A program made the translations under genes and the position numbers. A stretch of DNA of 15,050 nucleotides from a bacterium (lineage in GTDB: Bacteria; Fidelibacterota; Marinisomatia; Marinisomatales; UBA1611): assembly GCA_038127595.1 (NCBI GenBank), contig JAYPIC010000039.1, forward strand, positions 958-16,007, given 5' to 3'. The notes beneath the pieces were generated by a model, which was given only the letters and a program-made list of their open reading frames with translations, did no database searches and was not told the DNA's origin. Shown here in pieces: positions 14,727-15,050 of the stretch. Within the stretch, counting starts at the first letter, position 1. Every line of letters begins with the position of its first letter.

Positions 14727-15050
14727 ATGAGAAATAAGTTAGAATTAAGTATCCATAAAAACTGGACTTTTAGGAAAGTCTCTGATCAAAAATGGTATCA
14801 GGCACAGGTCCCTGGGTGTGTTCATACTGACTTGTTGAAAAATGATATCATTCTTGACCCATTTTATGGGACTAATGAAAAAGATCTTCAATGGATATCT
14901 GATGAAAACTGGGAGTATAAAACAAATTTCAATGTAGATAACGAATTTTTAAACAGGGAAGTGCAACTTCTAAAATTTTATGGTTTAGATACTTACGCAA
15001 AAGTTTACGTGAATGGAAAATTACTAATAGAGTCAAATAATATGTTTCAT
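14727..15050 (+). CDS. Beta-mannosidase, glycoside hydrolase family 2 (5' part; runs off the window)
   Basis: ATG at 14727 with AGGA just upstream. 108 open codons: MRNKLELSIHKNWTFRK...AQVPGCVHTDLLKNDIILDPFYGTNEKDLQWI...WEY...FYGLDTYAKVYVNG...SNNMFH, the typical GH2 beta-mannosidase N-terminal domain. Confidence 0.92.
   Translation, partial: MRNKLELSIHKNWTFRKVSDQKWYQAQVPGCVHTDLLKNDIILDPFYGTNEKDLQWISDENWEYKTNFNVDNEFLNREVQLLKFYGLDTYAKVYVNGKLLIESNNMFH

Overview
AT-rich bacterial window holding one coherent glycan-catabolism locus, most consistent with N-glycan/glycopeptide degradation. In order: 3' end of a probable sialate O-acetylesterase (+, missed by the ORF track), GH38 alpha-mannosidase (-), a 773-aa NagB/PIG-L-type deacetylase fusion (-), then divergently a Tat-exported glycosylasparaginase and a TrmB-family regulator (+). 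These converge on a minus-strand unit encoding a secreted protein with a FlgD-Ig/T9SS-like C-terminal domain (split by a frameshift), an internal terminator, a small Cys-rich lipoprotein, a non-SusC TonB-dependent receptor and two SGNH hydrolases. A GH2 beta-mannosidase begins divergently at the right edge (+, also missed by the track). No susD homologue is present. Both divergent intergenic regions, about 9 kb apart, carry the same 24-bp palindrome (consensus TAGTATCTTA-N4-TAAGATACTA, one mismatch each), a candidate TrmB operator. The C-terminal domain style, low GC and lack of SusC/SusD suggest a non-Bacteroidota FCB-group organism such as Marinisomatota/SAR406 (inference only). No RNA genes, mobile elements or CRISPR arrays were seen.
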